Assembly (NCBI GenBank): GCA_964527715.1
Contig: CAZGOD010000006.1
Location: 8,060-72,059, forward strand
Direction of reading: 5' to 3'
Length of the DNA stretch: 64,000 bases
Origin: an uncultured Thermoplasmatales archaeon
Lineage (GTDB): Archaea > Thermoplasmatota > E2 > DHVEG-1
Position numbers and translations under genes: made by a program
The notes under the pieces: model-generated
What the model was told of the DNA's origin: nothing
Seen by the model: only the letters and a program-made list of their open reading frames with translations
Databases searched by the model: none
Shown here: one piece after another, positions 31,754 through 41,894 of the stretch
Layout of the letters: each line of letters opens with the position of its first letter
How positions within the stretch are numbered: the first letter of the stretch is position 1

Positions 31754-33022
31754 TCACTCGAGATCCTTTTTAGTTAACACTTTAACTGAGGTAGGTTTTT
31801 TAACAACGTTACCCATTTTTATGCCAACAATCTCCTTAACATTTTTGTTATTAGCAATATCTAAAAGACGCTGTGTTATAATACCATCGAATACCACTGT
31901 GGAAATATTACCACTTTTCTTCAACGCATCTGTTAACTCTCTCACAGGTATTTTCTTTAATTCTTTTTCGTTTTTATCGAAGAGCACTGCTTTTAAAGAA
32001 CCGGAGATGTTCTCTAATATTTTACCGTAATTTTTCTGTTTTTCAGTTATGATACTTTCTTCTTCTTTAGGTTTTTCTTCATTTTTTTGTTTTTCTTCAG
32101 TCCTTGGTTTTTCTGTAGTTTTTGATTTCGTAGATATAGAAGGAGGCTCTGGTTCTCCTAGAGTTTTTGCTTTTACTTTTTTATCTATTTTTATATCGTA
32201 CATTTCAGCGTATTGCTCAGCGGGGATTTTATTTTTCAAAGCCTTCATGATAAGTTTCTGTGGTATTTCCTCAACCTCACGGGTAGCTGGTGCACGTGCT
32301 ACGAAGTCAACATCGGCCGTCTGTAATAGTTCTCTAAGGATTAATTCTCCACCGCGATCTCCATCAACAAAAACAGTGGATATTCTTTCTTTGGTAAGGT
32401 TTGTAACTGTCTTTGGAATGTTTGTACCACCAACAGCTATAACGTTTTTAATACCATATTTTAAAAGATTTAGTACGTCTCGTCTTCCTTCAACAATGAT
32501 TATTGCATCACTTTTTTCAATGTTGGGACCTGCAGGGCAATGATCTTGACCAAAGTTCGTTATTTCTTCAACTTGAACAGCCTGCCTAACATTATCTGCA
32601 ATGCTTTCTCCCCCCATTTTTCCTTCTTCCATCACCTTGTTAAGCAGTTCCTTTGCACGTTCTATAACTTTTTTTCTTCGAACAACTCGTACATCTTCAA
32701 CTTCATCAGCGGTAATAGTAGCTTTACATGGTCCAACGCGATCTATACTTTCAAAAGCAGCTGCGAGTATAACTGTTTCAACTTTGTCTAAAGATGTTGG
32801 TAGAGTGATTATTCCTTCACTTTTACCATTCTTTGACTCAAGTTCTACTTCTATTCTTCCAACTCTTGCAGATCTCTGTAGTTCACGTAGGTCTAATTCA
32901 TCGCCGAGAAGACCCTCGGTTTGGCCAAAAATAGCACCTACTACATCAGATTTCTCAATGACACCATCAGCCTTAATATGTGCTTTAATCAAATATTTCG
33001 TAGTTGCGGGATCGATTACCAT
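31754..33022 (-). CDS. dnaG: archaeal DnaG-type primase (TOPRIM)
   Basis: N-terminus TTKYLIKAHI. TOPRIM acidic motifs (IIVEGRRD, VDGDRGG). 422 aa. Confidence 0.85.
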   Translation of the reverse strand: MVIDPATTKYLIKAHIKADGVIEKSDVVGAIFGQTEGLLGDELDLRELQRSARVGRIEVELESKNGKSEGIITLPTSLDKVETVILAAAFESIDRVGPCKATITADEVEDVRVVRRKKVIERAKELLNKVMEEGKMGGESIADNVRQAVQVEEITNFGQDHCPAGPNIEKSDAIIIVEGRRDVLNLLKYGIKNVIAVGGTNIPKTVTNLTKERISTVFVDGDRGGELILRELLQTADVDFVARAPATREVEEIPQKLIMKALKNKIPAEQYAEMYDIKIDKKVKAKTLGEPEPPSISTKSKTTEKPRTEEKQKNEEKPKEEESIITEKQKNYGKILENISGSLKAVLFDKNEKELKKIPVRELTDALKKSGNISTVVFDGIITQRLLDIANNKNVKEIVGIKMGNVVKKPTSVKVLTKKDLE

Positions 33023-33278
33023 TAATCATCACCTCATTTTTTGATATCTTTTTGAAAAATAGCACCTTTATCCACTCTTTAGCAAATAATAGGTGTTAAA
33101 CCTCATCTTTTGCTTTTAATTTGATACGATTTTTAAATGTTAAGCGGTTAAGCATAAATTAATCCTAGTAGATTAACACACGAATGTGCTATTTTTCATC
33201 ATTTATTTTCTAAATTCTTACAATTATATATGAGTCATGCACCATATTTAAATGTTGTGCCTATATTCAGCATAAGAA

Positions 33279-35423
33279 GTGCCTAAGATGAAAGAAAAAA
33301 TATACATCGGTGTAGCATGGCCCTATGCAAACGGGTCACTTCATCTTGGACATATCGCAGGATGTTATCTACCAGCAGACATCTTCGCACGATACAACAG
33401 GATGAAAGGCAATGACGTTTTGATGGTTTCCGGTAGCGACGAGCATGGCACGCCTATTACAATCACTGCAGAGAAAGAAAACACAACTCCGCAAGTTATA
33501 GTAGATAGATACAACAAAGAGCACACAGAGAACATGAAACAATTTGGTATTTCTTTTGATTTATTTACTAGGACATCAACGGATAACCATGCAAAAGTAG
33601 TACAGGATCTTTTTTCAACTCTTTACACTAAAGGATATATCTACAAAAAAAGTGTTGAGTCTTTTTACTGTAAAGAATGCAACCGTTTTTTACCTGATCG
33701 TTACATTGAAGGAACCTGTCCATATTGTAGTAATGAAAAAGCAAGAGGAGATCAATGCGATGAATGCGGTAAAATACTCGATTCGCAGGAACTACAGAAT
33801 GTGAAATGTAAAATTTGTGGTAGCACTCCTGAAATACGAACAAGTGAACATCTATTTCTTGCGTTAAGTAAATTTGAAACAAAATTGCTTGATTGGATAA
33901 GTGATAAAAGACATTGGAAATCAAGCGTGATGAAATTTACCCAGAACTGGTTGAAGAACGGACTGAAAGATAAAGCAATAACAAGAGACATGGAATGGGG
34001 TATAAAAGTCCCGGTTGAAGGTTTTGAAGATAAACGAATCTATGTATGGTTTGATGCAGTAACAGGATACCTATCTGCTAGTAAAGAATGGTCACAAAAT
34101 TTAGGAAATCCTGATAAATGGGAAGAATGGTGGAAAAACAAGCAGGCAAAGCACTACTATTTTCTTGCAAAGGACAACATTCCATTTCACAGTTTAATCT
34201 GGCCCTCTATGCTCATGGGTTATGATAAATCCCTAGAGTTGCCATATGACATACCTGCAAATGAATATCTGCGGCTCAAAGGCGAGCAGTTTTCTAAAAG
34301 CAGGGGCGTGGCTGTTTGGGTTCCAGATATTCTTGAAAAATTTGATGCTGATGCTGTGCGATATTACCTATCTATTAATATGCCTGAGAACAAGGATACT
34401 AATTGGACCTGGGATGATTTTGTTGCCAAGAATAATGATGAACTTGTAGGAACATATGGTAATTTTATCCACAGAGTCATTACATTCACTCAGAAAAATT
34501 TTGGTGAAATTCCAAAACAAGGAAAGTTAGATGATTTAGACAAAAAAGCGATCAAGAAAATAAAAGAAAGTTCCAAAGAAGTTGACACGTCCTTAGGTAA
34601 ATGCAATTTCAAAAAAGGATTACGAGCATCAATGAATCTTGCACAATTTGGTAATTATTATTTTGATCAAAAACAACCGTGGGCTCTTATAAAATCTGAT
34701 AAAGAAGCATGTGGAACTGTATTACATATCTGCTTGAAAATTGTAAATGCTCTCGCAGTTTTAACAGCACCCTATTTACCATTTTCTTCAGATGCAATTT
34801 GGAAAGGTCTAGGTAATAACACCTCTATACATATTACAAGCTGGGATGGCACCCAGAAAGAACTAAATGTAGGATTTAAACTGGAAAAACCAAAACCATT
34901 ATTCAAAAAACTTGCATTAACAGATTTCATAACAGAGGAAGACCCATTTTCAAAACTTGATCTACGTGTCGCAAAAATAATAGATGTAAAAGATCATCCT
35001 AATGCTGACACGCTCTATATGATGCATCTAGACCTTGGGGCTCTTGGTAAAAGGGTTATAGTAGCAGGTATGAAACCCTACTATTCAAAAGACGAACTTA
35101 AGGGTAAAAACATTGTAATTGTTGCTAATCTTAAACCTGCAAATATTCGTGGTGTAAAATCTAATGGTATGCTGCTCGCTGCAGAAGATGGAAAAGAAAT
35201 TTGTTCTCTTCTAAAACCTGGTGACGCCGGCCCAGGTTCAGAAGTATTCATAGAAGGCATTCCACGTGAACCTAAAAAAATCCTTGAATTTGAGGATTTC
35301 AAAAAAGTAAATATGGCGATAAACGAGAAACAGGAAGCAGCATATGATGACAAAATATTAATGGGTAAAAAAGGAAAAATTGTTTCTGACAAAAAAATTA
35401 AAAAAGGAGCTAAGATTCTGTAA
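33279..35423 (+). CDS. metG: methionyl-tRNA synthetase with C-terminal EMAPII/Trbp111-like tRNA-binding domain
   Basis: HLGH, zinc knuckles (CKEC...CPYC...CDEC...CKIC), KFSKSRG (KMSKS). Confidence 0.95.
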   Translation: MPKMKEKIYIGVAWPYANGSLHLGHIAGCYLPADIFARYNRMKGNDVLMVSGSDEHGTPITITAEKENTTPQVIVDRYNKEHTENMKQFGISFDLFTRTSTDNHAKVVQDLFSTLYTKGYIYKKSVESFYCKECNRFLPDRYIEGTCPYCSNEKARGDQCDECGKILDSQELQNVKCKICGSTPEIRTSEHLFLALSKFETKLLDWISDKRHWKSSVMKFTQNWLKNGLKDKAITRDMEWGIKVPVEGFEDKRIYVWFDAVTGYLSASKEWSQNLGNPDKWEEWWKNKQAKHYYFLAKDNIPFHSLIWPSMLMGYDKSLELPYDIPANEYLRLKGEQFSKSRGVAVWVPDILEKFDADAVRYYLSINMPENKDTNWTWDDFVAKNNDELVGTYGNFIHRVITFTQKNFGEIPKQGKLDDLDKKAIKKIKESSKEVDTSLGKCNFKKGLRASMNLAQFGNYYFDQKQPWALIKSDKEACGTVLHICLKIVNALAVLTAPYLPFSSDAIWKGLGNNTSIHITSWDGTQKELNVGFKLEKPKPLFKKLALTDFITEEDPFSKLDLRVAKIIDVKDHPNADTLYMMHLDLGALGKRVIVAGMKPYYSKDELKGKNIVIVANLKPANIRGVKSNGMLLAAEDGKEICSLLKPGDAGPGSEVFIEGIPREPKKILEFEDFKKVNMAINEKQEAAYDDKILMGKKGKIVSDKKIKKGAKIL

Positions 35424-35452
35424 AAAAACTTTATTCAGGGAGGTAAAACTAG

Positions 35453-36343
35453 ATGGCAATTGTGAGAGAGACAAATCTACCATTGAAATCTTTTAAAAAA
35501 GGAAAAGTTAGGGATGTTTACGAGGTTGATGACAGCCTCTTGCTCATTGTAACTGATCGCATTTCTGCTTTTGACTATGTCCTTCATGAGCCTATACCGT
35601 ATAAGGGTGTCTGTCTTACTCAGATATCTAAATTCTGGTTTGATTTCTTCAGAGATTCTGTACCAAGTCATATGATTTCATCAGATGTCTCTAAGTTTCC
35701 AGGCGATCTAGGAGAACATGAAGAGGTTCTATCTGGTCGTAGTATGATAGTGAAAAAAGCAAGAGTATTCCCAGTTGAATGTATTGTTCGTGGTTATATT
35801 TCTGGATCAGCTTGGAAATCTTATCAGAAAGATGGAACTGTCTGTGGGATAAAATTACTAGAGGGTATGCGGGAATCTGATAAATTTGATGAGCCGCTTT
35901 TTACTCCATCTACAAAAGCAGAATCTGGTCATGATATAAATATTTCTTTTGAGGAAATGAAGAAATTAATTGGTGAAGAGGATGCAGAGAAGATTAAAGA
36001 ATTATCTCTAAGTATTTACAACAAAGGCGCGGAGTATGCGCGTAAAAAAGGTATTATTATCGCTGATACTAAATTCGAGTTTGGTAAACTAGATGATGAG
36101 ATAATTCTTGTTGATGAAATTCTTACACCTGATTCTTCACGTTTTTGGCCTGCGGATCTTTATGAGCCGGGAAGATCTCAACCTAGTTTTGATAAACAGT
36201 ATGTACGTGATTATTTGAGTGGTACTGGTTGGGATAAAAATAGTGATCCACCTCATTTGCCGGAGAATGTTATCGAGGAGACTAAGAACAAGTATATCGA
36301 GGCTTTTGAGAGGATTACAGGTGAAAAGTTCACATTTGTATAA
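35453..36343 (+). CDS. purC: phosphoribosylaminoimidazole-succinocarboxamide synthase
   Basis: GKVRDVYEV...LIVTDRISAFD signature of SAICAR synthetase. Confidence 0.9.
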   Translation: MAIVRETNLPLKSFKKGKVRDVYEVDDSLLLIVTDRISAFDYVLHEPIPYKGVCLTQISKFWFDFFRDSVPSHMISSDVSKFPGDLGEHEEVLSGRSMIVKKARVFPVECIVRGYISGSAWKSYQKDGTVCGIKLLEGMRESDKFDEPLFTPSTKAESGHDINISFEEMKKLIGEEDAEKIKELSLSIYNKGAEYARKKGIIIADTKFEFGKLDDEIILVDEILTPDSSRFWPADLYEPGRSQPSFDKQYVRDYLSGTGWDKNSDPPHLPENVIEETKNKYIEAFERITGEKFTFV

Positions 36344-36378
36344 CAAGGCATAAATAATATATGTCCTGATATAAATAT

Positions 36379-37365
36379 TTGATGAAAAGTACATATCTGC
36401 AGTTATTTACATTATTACTAGGTTCTATTGTTATCGTTAGTGGGATTACTGTTGCAGATTCAAAACAAAAAAATCTGTCAACCAAAGTAACTATTTGTTC
36501 TGATGATTTTTATTTTGTTCATATTACTGACACACATGTTATGCATAAAATATTTGATAGAAATGAGGTTTTCAAAAATAGATTGGAATCTGTATTAGAC
36601 AAGGTTAGATCTTTTGATAGGGAACCCGCTTTCGTTGTTGTAACTGGTGATCTTGTAGAATGGGGTGGTTTTGGATTAACTGGTGCTCTTAACTGTATAA
36701 CATTTAGTGATTGTTTTTATGAAAAAGATGAGCAGCTGTATCTAGATTCAGATTACACTATACCTGTTTATACCACACCAGGTAACCATGATTATCGCTG
36801 GGGGACAAAACTCAATAATTATCATCGGTTCATTAATCCAAATCATGTTGAAGATGAAGATCGATATATCATCGAGTATGAGAACCTGAGCTTATTTTTC
36901 TTGGATTCAGGGCATGATTATCTCCTAAATCCGCTTGGATGGGTTCGCTCGGATGGTCTACATGTTAAAGGAAGTGGGCTCTATGATGATGATATTATAT
37001 GGCTCAATGACTCTTTAAATAGTTGTGAATCCAATCATAAAATTGTTTTAATGCATCATCCTGCCATCAGTGAACGCGATAGTTTTGGTAAAATGTTAGA
37101 TGTTTTAGCCCGTAATAGGGAAGAATTCATTGAATTATGTAAATATCATGATGTAGATATGGTTCTTACTGGTCACACACATAGAGAAATGGTTTTTGAT
37201 AGTGAAGAAAACATGTATGATGGTCTTCTAAATTGTAGCTTGTGTTCAACACTGTATGTTAATACTAATGATTGTAAGTATGACTGTGCATATAGAAATA
37301 TCACAATTTTAGGTGATGACATCTGGTTGGAACCAGGTGAAACATTATTTTGTGGTTTTAGCTAA
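36379..37365 (+). CDS. secreted calcineurin-like metallophosphoesterase
   Basis: N-terminal signal/TM. Motifs DTHV, GDLVE, GNHD, GHTHRE. Confidence 0.7.
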   Translation: MMKSTYLQLFTLLLGSIVIVSGITVADSKQKNLSTKVTICSDDFYFVHITDTHVMHKIFDRNEVFKNRLESVLDKVRSFDREPAFVVVTGDLVEWGGFGLTGALNCITFSDCFYEKDEQLYLDSDYTIPVYTTPGNHDYRWGTKLNNYHRFINPNHVEDEDRYIIEYENLSLFFLDSGHDYLLNPLGWVRSDGLHVKGSGLYDDDIIWLNDSLNSCESNHKIVLMHHPAISERDSFGKMLDVLARNREEFIELCKYHDVDMVLTGHTHREMVFDSEENMYDGLLNCSLCSTLYVNTNDCKYDCAYRNITILGDDIWLEPGETLFCGFS

Positions 37366-37582
37366 GAAAAATGACATATATCATTTAATATATCTTTTTA
37401 GAAATCTTTTTTAAGGCTTTGCACACAAACTATAGGGTTTATGTGCATAATACAATTTTGCACATAAAGTTGTTTATTTAAGACATACAAAAACAATTAC
37501 AAAAATATATATAAATATAGCACTTTGATTTCACGTAATAGTTATTAATATTAACTCAAATATAGTTAGTGAGGTTTAGAAC

Positions 37583-37939
37583 ATGCCATCATATTCTGCT
37601 CATATAAGATTAGGAGATCATCCTGGAGATTTACATTTGCATTTTTACTATAATAAAAAAAACAGTAGAAAGTTAATAGGTAAATATCGAATACCATCAT
37701 TAACACCTTTGCCAGGAACGGAACATGATTTAAATAATAATGAAATAGAGTTTCTAAATGAATGGTTAATTCAAAAAAAACAAATTAATAAATTACAGCA
37801 TGCACTGGAAGAAACACTTTTTAATATGGATGAAGTCGGGAAAAAAGTAATAGAAAACATCAAAGAAGGTACTGTTGAAAAACGTAAAGGAACTACTTTT
37901 GTCACAGTACGTTTTCCAGTCATTAAACGACTAAAGTAA
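37583..37939 (+). CDS. hypothetical protein (first gene inside the island)
   Basis: 118-aa ORF, no recognisable domain. Confidence 0.3.
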   Translation: MPSYSAHIRLGDHPGDLHLHFYYNKKNSRKLIGKYRIPSLTPLPGTEHDLNNNEIEFLNEWLIQKKQINKLQHALEETLFNMDEVGKKVIENIKEGTVEKRKGTTFVTVRFPVIKRLK

Positions 37940-37944
37940 ATCAA

Positions 37945-38475
37945 TCATTTAAATCCTAATACAACCATTGTTTTATCTAAAATAAAACAACAATTTACTA
38001 AAACTTCCTTATTTCCGCTATGATCCATCATATATGTTTTAGAACCATGAAAAAGCCTATTACGGACTTTTTCTATTAAAAGAATAAGTTCAATAAACGC
38101 AGATTTATATTTTTCTTCTCTGATGTACTTCTGGTATCTCTTTATCTTATTTCCATAATATTCTAAACTCATATTATTTATTATTTTATCAATTTGTTTT
38201 TTATTATTTTTTAAAAATAATTCTGCCTTTTTTTCTCCAAATTCCTCTCTTTTTAAATGACTTAAAACAGATTTCACTTTTGCAGGTTCTCCAGCATTAA
38301 CATCTTTTTTTCCAGTTTTAGGATTTATATACCTTTTTCCATAGTATACATTAAAAGCAATCCAATAAAAAATCATTTTATTAAAATATTTTTTTTCATC
38401 TCTTGCAGCTTTTAACCAACTGTTAACTCTATTTTTATCTTCGTTTAATAGATTATCAAGTGGCATTTTTCTCAC
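37945..38475 (-). CDS. HEPN-like protein (Rx4H motif), putative RNase/abortive-infection partner of the RM enzyme
   Basis: C-terminal RNRLFHG fits the HEPN Rx4-6H motif. Start overlaps the stop of the upstream RM gene (ATGA at 38472-38475). Confidence 0.4.
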   Translation of the reverse strand: MRKMPLDNLLNEDKNRVNSWLKAARDEKKYFNKMIFYWIAFNVYYGKRYINPKTGKKDVNAGEPAKVKSVLSHLKREEFGEKKAELFLKNNKKQIDKIINNMSLEYYGNKIKRYQKYIREEKYKSAFIELILLIEKVRNRLFHGSKTYMMDHSGNKEVLVNCCFILDKTMVVLGFK

Positions 38476-41400
38476 ACATTATCTATTATGTCCTCAAAAA
38501 TTCTTATTTCTTCGTTTGTTAAGTCATATAATTTGTATGTGGCCATATTGATCTCTTTATCAATATCCAATATTCGGTCTTTTAGAAAAATTAACTCTTT
38601 TTTATATTCATCAAAATAATCTTCCCATTCATCTTGTTCTTTCAATGTTAATGTTATTTTTTGTTTAGATAACTCTTTTAAAAATTCGTCAAAGTTTAAC
38701 TCATAAAAATTCTCTAATCTTTTTGTTATTTTTTCTAAATTTAAATTAGAGAAGACTCTTGCAATAAATCTATTTATCTTTTCATGAAATTCTTTATTTA
38801 ACTTAGTGATTTCAGTTACTTTATTTGCTAATGTATCACTATTACTAATATTTGGTAATGGAATAGGATTTAGGTATATCTCTTTAAATCTTAAATTTGA
38901 ATGAGTTCTTGTCGACTCATAGAGAAGACTGTAAATTTTGTCGAATATTTTTGAATTAAAAAATGCAGCAAATGACTTAACATTAATATTATCCGACTTT
39001 GATTCTACAATTGTGACAGAATTTAATAAGCCAATTTTTTTATAATTAAGTATAATATTCGCTCTATTTTTTGTTGACAATTCTCTTACTAATACAATTT
39101 TATCAGTATCAAAAACTTTTATTTCTAAGGGGTCAATCCAATATTCTGGAGGTTTATCATAATAACACCATATAGACTTACCTGTAAAAACAGGGATGCG
39201 GCCTGAGATCTTTTCATCTTTTAATTTGTTCCTAATTCCTGTTATACCTGCCCCAGCTGTAAATTTAAAAAAGTTATCAATTTTTGTATCTATTTTTTTT
39301 AATTTATCTAAAGCAATCTCTTCTTTCTTATCCTTTGGAAAAAAGAAAATATTGGCAGGTAACAAATTATAATCATTGATTTCGATTTTTTTATCTACTA
39401 ATAATCTTGAAATCTTTTTTATTTTTAAATAATTCCCATATTTTATTGTATTATTATTTGATTTTTTATCTATAATTATTATCGATGTTTCAACTGGAGT
39501 ATCCTCAAAAACACCCGAACCAAAATTAATAATATTATTGATTAATTTTGTATCAATTAAATATTTTCTAATAAGTTTTCCATAGCTTGCTGAAAAGAAT
39601 TTATTTGATGAGATAAAACCTAAAATACCTTTATCATGTAGTAATGATAATCCTTTTTCAATAAATAGTGTTGATAAATCAAATCCAGATTTTACTAAAT
39701 CAAATTGATTATTTATGAAAGCTGTTTCTTCTTCTGAAAATTCTCTACTACGGACATAAGGAGGGTTTCCAATAATTATATCAAATTTAAATGGAAATTC
39801 TGATTCCCAGCTAAAAGACTTGTCTCCTCCAACTTCTTTCTCATGTATTAATGAATTACCACATTTTATATTACTTGAAAGATCGATTAACTTTTTGTTC
39901 TTTTTTGCTATTTTAAAAAATAAACTTAATTTTGTTATTTCAACAGATTCTTCATTAATATCGACTCCATATATGTTATTCTCAATGATTTCTCTTGCTT
40001 CGTCTTCTTCTATAAATTTTGTAAAAGTTAATTGTTCTTTTCTTATTTTTTTAGATTTTCTTTTTGCTAAAGGAGATACTTGTTTCTGAGAATATTCTCC
40101 TATTGATTCCTTAAAAATTTGAACTTCTTTATGAATTTCAAGTAATATCTCAACAGCTTTTATTAGGAAAGATCCTGAGCCGCAAGCAGGATCAAGTATT
40201 TTTAAATTATTGAATTTTTCTTCAAGTTCTTCGATATTATTCGAATATTCTTTAATTAATTTATCAACATTATTTACTCCCTTTTTAGATAAGTAAGGTA
40301 TTATTGTATTTCTACAAATATAATCGGTTACAAAATCTGGTGTATAAAAAACTCCTTCTTTTCTTCTTCTTGAGGGTCTTTGTTCCTGTAGTTCTTCTAA
40401 ATCTGAGATAGACTGTTCAAAGATATGGCCAAGAATATTAACACTTACTTCTGTATTAAAATCAAATGAAGCCATATACAATAAATTCAAAACAATTGGG
40501 TTAACATTGCCATTATGAATTTTTAAAATTGCTTTAGATTTTTCATCGAGTTCAATTTCTTTTTTAATTTTTGAATTTTGATAAATTTCATTAAAATAAG
40601 ATTTTTTTCTAAAATCTTTAAAATAAATTGAAGTCGGTATCGTTTCTTTGAAAAGCCCTCCATTAAAACCAAAAATATTATGTCTTTTTGAACCTTCATT
40701 TAGGTTTTGGAAAATACTTTTAATAAGATTACAAACAAGATTTGTATTCTCTGAGAAAATACTATCTACATTCATTAGGTTTAAAACTTTATCTTCAAAG
40801 AGTCTTTGTTTGAGTTTATCTGTATCTTCTGCAAAAAATACAAACATTAATCTATTTAGAAAAATCTGTGCATAGTGAATTGATTCTTCTTTATTTGCAC
40901 CATTATCCTGAAATTCCCTGATAAGCATCAGTCGTGTTTCATGAAACAACTTATAAAATTCCTTAGTGAACTCTCTTTCTTCAATAACTGACTTATCATA
41001 TAGGGTTTCAATAAATTCTTTATCAATTATACTTTCTTTAGAAAAAATTGCTATAAATTCCTTTAATTTTTCTGCATCATCTTTAATACTTAAAAAATCA
41101 AAAAAATGATATTTGCTATATCCTTTTGATTTATCAATAAGTACAAAATCTCGATAATTTGTACATATTCCATATTTGATAGTATCAATTCGACCCATGT
41201 TGTCCCAGGTTTGTTTAAAAGGAGTGCTTTGTTCTGCTCTATATCCTGTTTGTTTGCTAAAAAGATCTTTTGATTCGCCTTTTACTTCTATACATAGAAT
41301 TGTTTTACCAATTGAATCTTTAAAAGTAAACTCTATATTTGCTTTTTCGTAATCAAGATCTTCTCTTATAGAATATCCAAGAATGTCTCTTAATACATAA

Positions 41401-41555
41401 ATTGCAAATTTGAAATAATTAGATCTCTCTTTTTCAAGAGCACCTGATTCTAATAATTGAATCCATTCGTTAGCATTCTTCTTTTGTTTTTGACTTATTT
41501 TAACATTAGAACATAAACGTTTAATTGTCCTTTCATTGAAAAGTTCAGTATCCAT
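38472..41555 (-). CDS. Type IIG restriction endonuclease/N6-adenine methyltransferase fusion (MmeI-like)
   Basis: 1027 aa. N-terminal PD-(D/E)xK nuclease domain with D-x9-E-x-K spacing (FKDSIGKTILCIEVK), as in MmeI. MTase motif I LDPACGSGSFL, motif IV GNPPY. C-terminal target-recognition region. Confidence 0.8.
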   Translation of the reverse strand: MDTELFNERTIKRLCSNVKISQKQKKNANEWIQLLESGALEKERSNYFKFAIYVLRDILGYSIREDLDYEKANIEFTFKDSIGKTILCIEVKGESKDLFSKQTGYRAEQSTPFKQTWDNMGRIDTIKYGICTNYRDFVLIDKSKGYSKYHFFDFLSIKDDAEKLKEFIAIFSKESIIDKEFIETLYDKSVIEEREFTKEFYKLFHETRLMLIREFQDNGANKEESIHYAQIFLNRLMFVFFAEDTDKLKQRLFEDKVLNLMNVDSIFSENTNLVCNLIKSIFQNLNEGSKRHNIFGFNGGLFKETIPTSIYFKDFRKKSYFNEIYQNSKIKKEIELDEKSKAILKIHNGNVNPIVLNLLYMASFDFNTEVSVNILGHIFEQSISDLEELQEQRPSRRRKEGVFYTPDFVTDYICRNTIIPYLSKKGVNNVDKLIKEYSNNIEELEEKFNNLKILDPACGSGSFLIKAVEILLEIHKEVQIFKESIGEYSQKQVSPLAKRKSKKIRKEQLTFTKFIEEDEAREIIENNIYGVDINEESVEITKLSLFFKIAKKNKKLIDLSSNIKCGNSLIHEKEVGGDKSFSWESEFPFKFDIIIGNPPYVRSREFSEEETAFINNQFDLVKSGFDLSTLFIEKGLSLLHDKGILGFISSNKFFSASYGKLIRKYLIDTKLINNIINFGSGVFEDTPVETSIIIIDKKSNNNTIKYGNYLKIKKISRLLVDKKIEINDYNLLPANIFFFPKDKKEEIALDKLKKIDTKIDNFFKFTAGAGITGIRNKLKDEKISGRIPVFTGKSIWCYYDKPPEYWIDPLEIKVFDTDKIVLVRELSTKNRANIILNYKKIGLLNSVTIVESKSDNINVKSFAAFFNSKIFDKIYSLLYESTRTHSNLRFKEIYLNPIPLPNISNSDTLANKVTEITKLNKEFHEKINRFIARVFSNLNLEKITKRLENFYELNFDEFLKELSKQKITLTLKEQDEWEDYFDEYKKELIFLKDRILDIDKEINMATYKLYDLTNEEIRIFEDIIDNV

Positions 41556-41663
41556 TTTTTCTGTATTCTAAAAGCAAAATGCTTCATTTATACATTTCTT
41601 TTTTGGATACAAAACTTTAAATTATTATAAATTATACCAATGGTATAACCAATGGTGTAATAA

Positions 41664-41894
41664 ATGAAAGTTTTAGATAAACGTTGGGGCGAAGTTACAA
41701 TTAAGCAACAAGGAGAAAAAAAGAATAAATTTGATAAAACAAAATCATTTAGTATAGCAAAAACAAATAATGAATATTCTATAGAAGAATTAAAAGACAT
41801 ACTTGAGATTACGGTCAACCTAACAGAAAAATATAATTACATTGGGTTAAAAAACATATTAAATTCCATAAAAAACAAGGAGAAAGAATTATGA
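41664..41894 (+). CDS. small hypothetical protein (first gene of the divergent operon)
   Basis: 76-aa ORF whose stop overlaps the next gene's start. Confidence 0.25.
   Translation: MKVLDKRWGEVTIKQQGEKKNKFDKTKSFSIAKTNNEYSIEELKDILEITVNLTEKYNYIGLKNILNSIKNKEKEL

Noticed and set aside
32049-33044. Several 80-165-aa plus-strand ORFs
   Set aside because: All antisense to dnaG. Ser/Phe-rich, no motifs.
38472-41555. BREX PglX methyltransferase as an alternative call for the 1027-aa protein
   Set aside because: No brxA/B/C, pglZ or brxL neighbours. The N-terminus carries a PD-ExK nuclease domain with MmeI-like spacing, so a Type IIG enzyme fits better.
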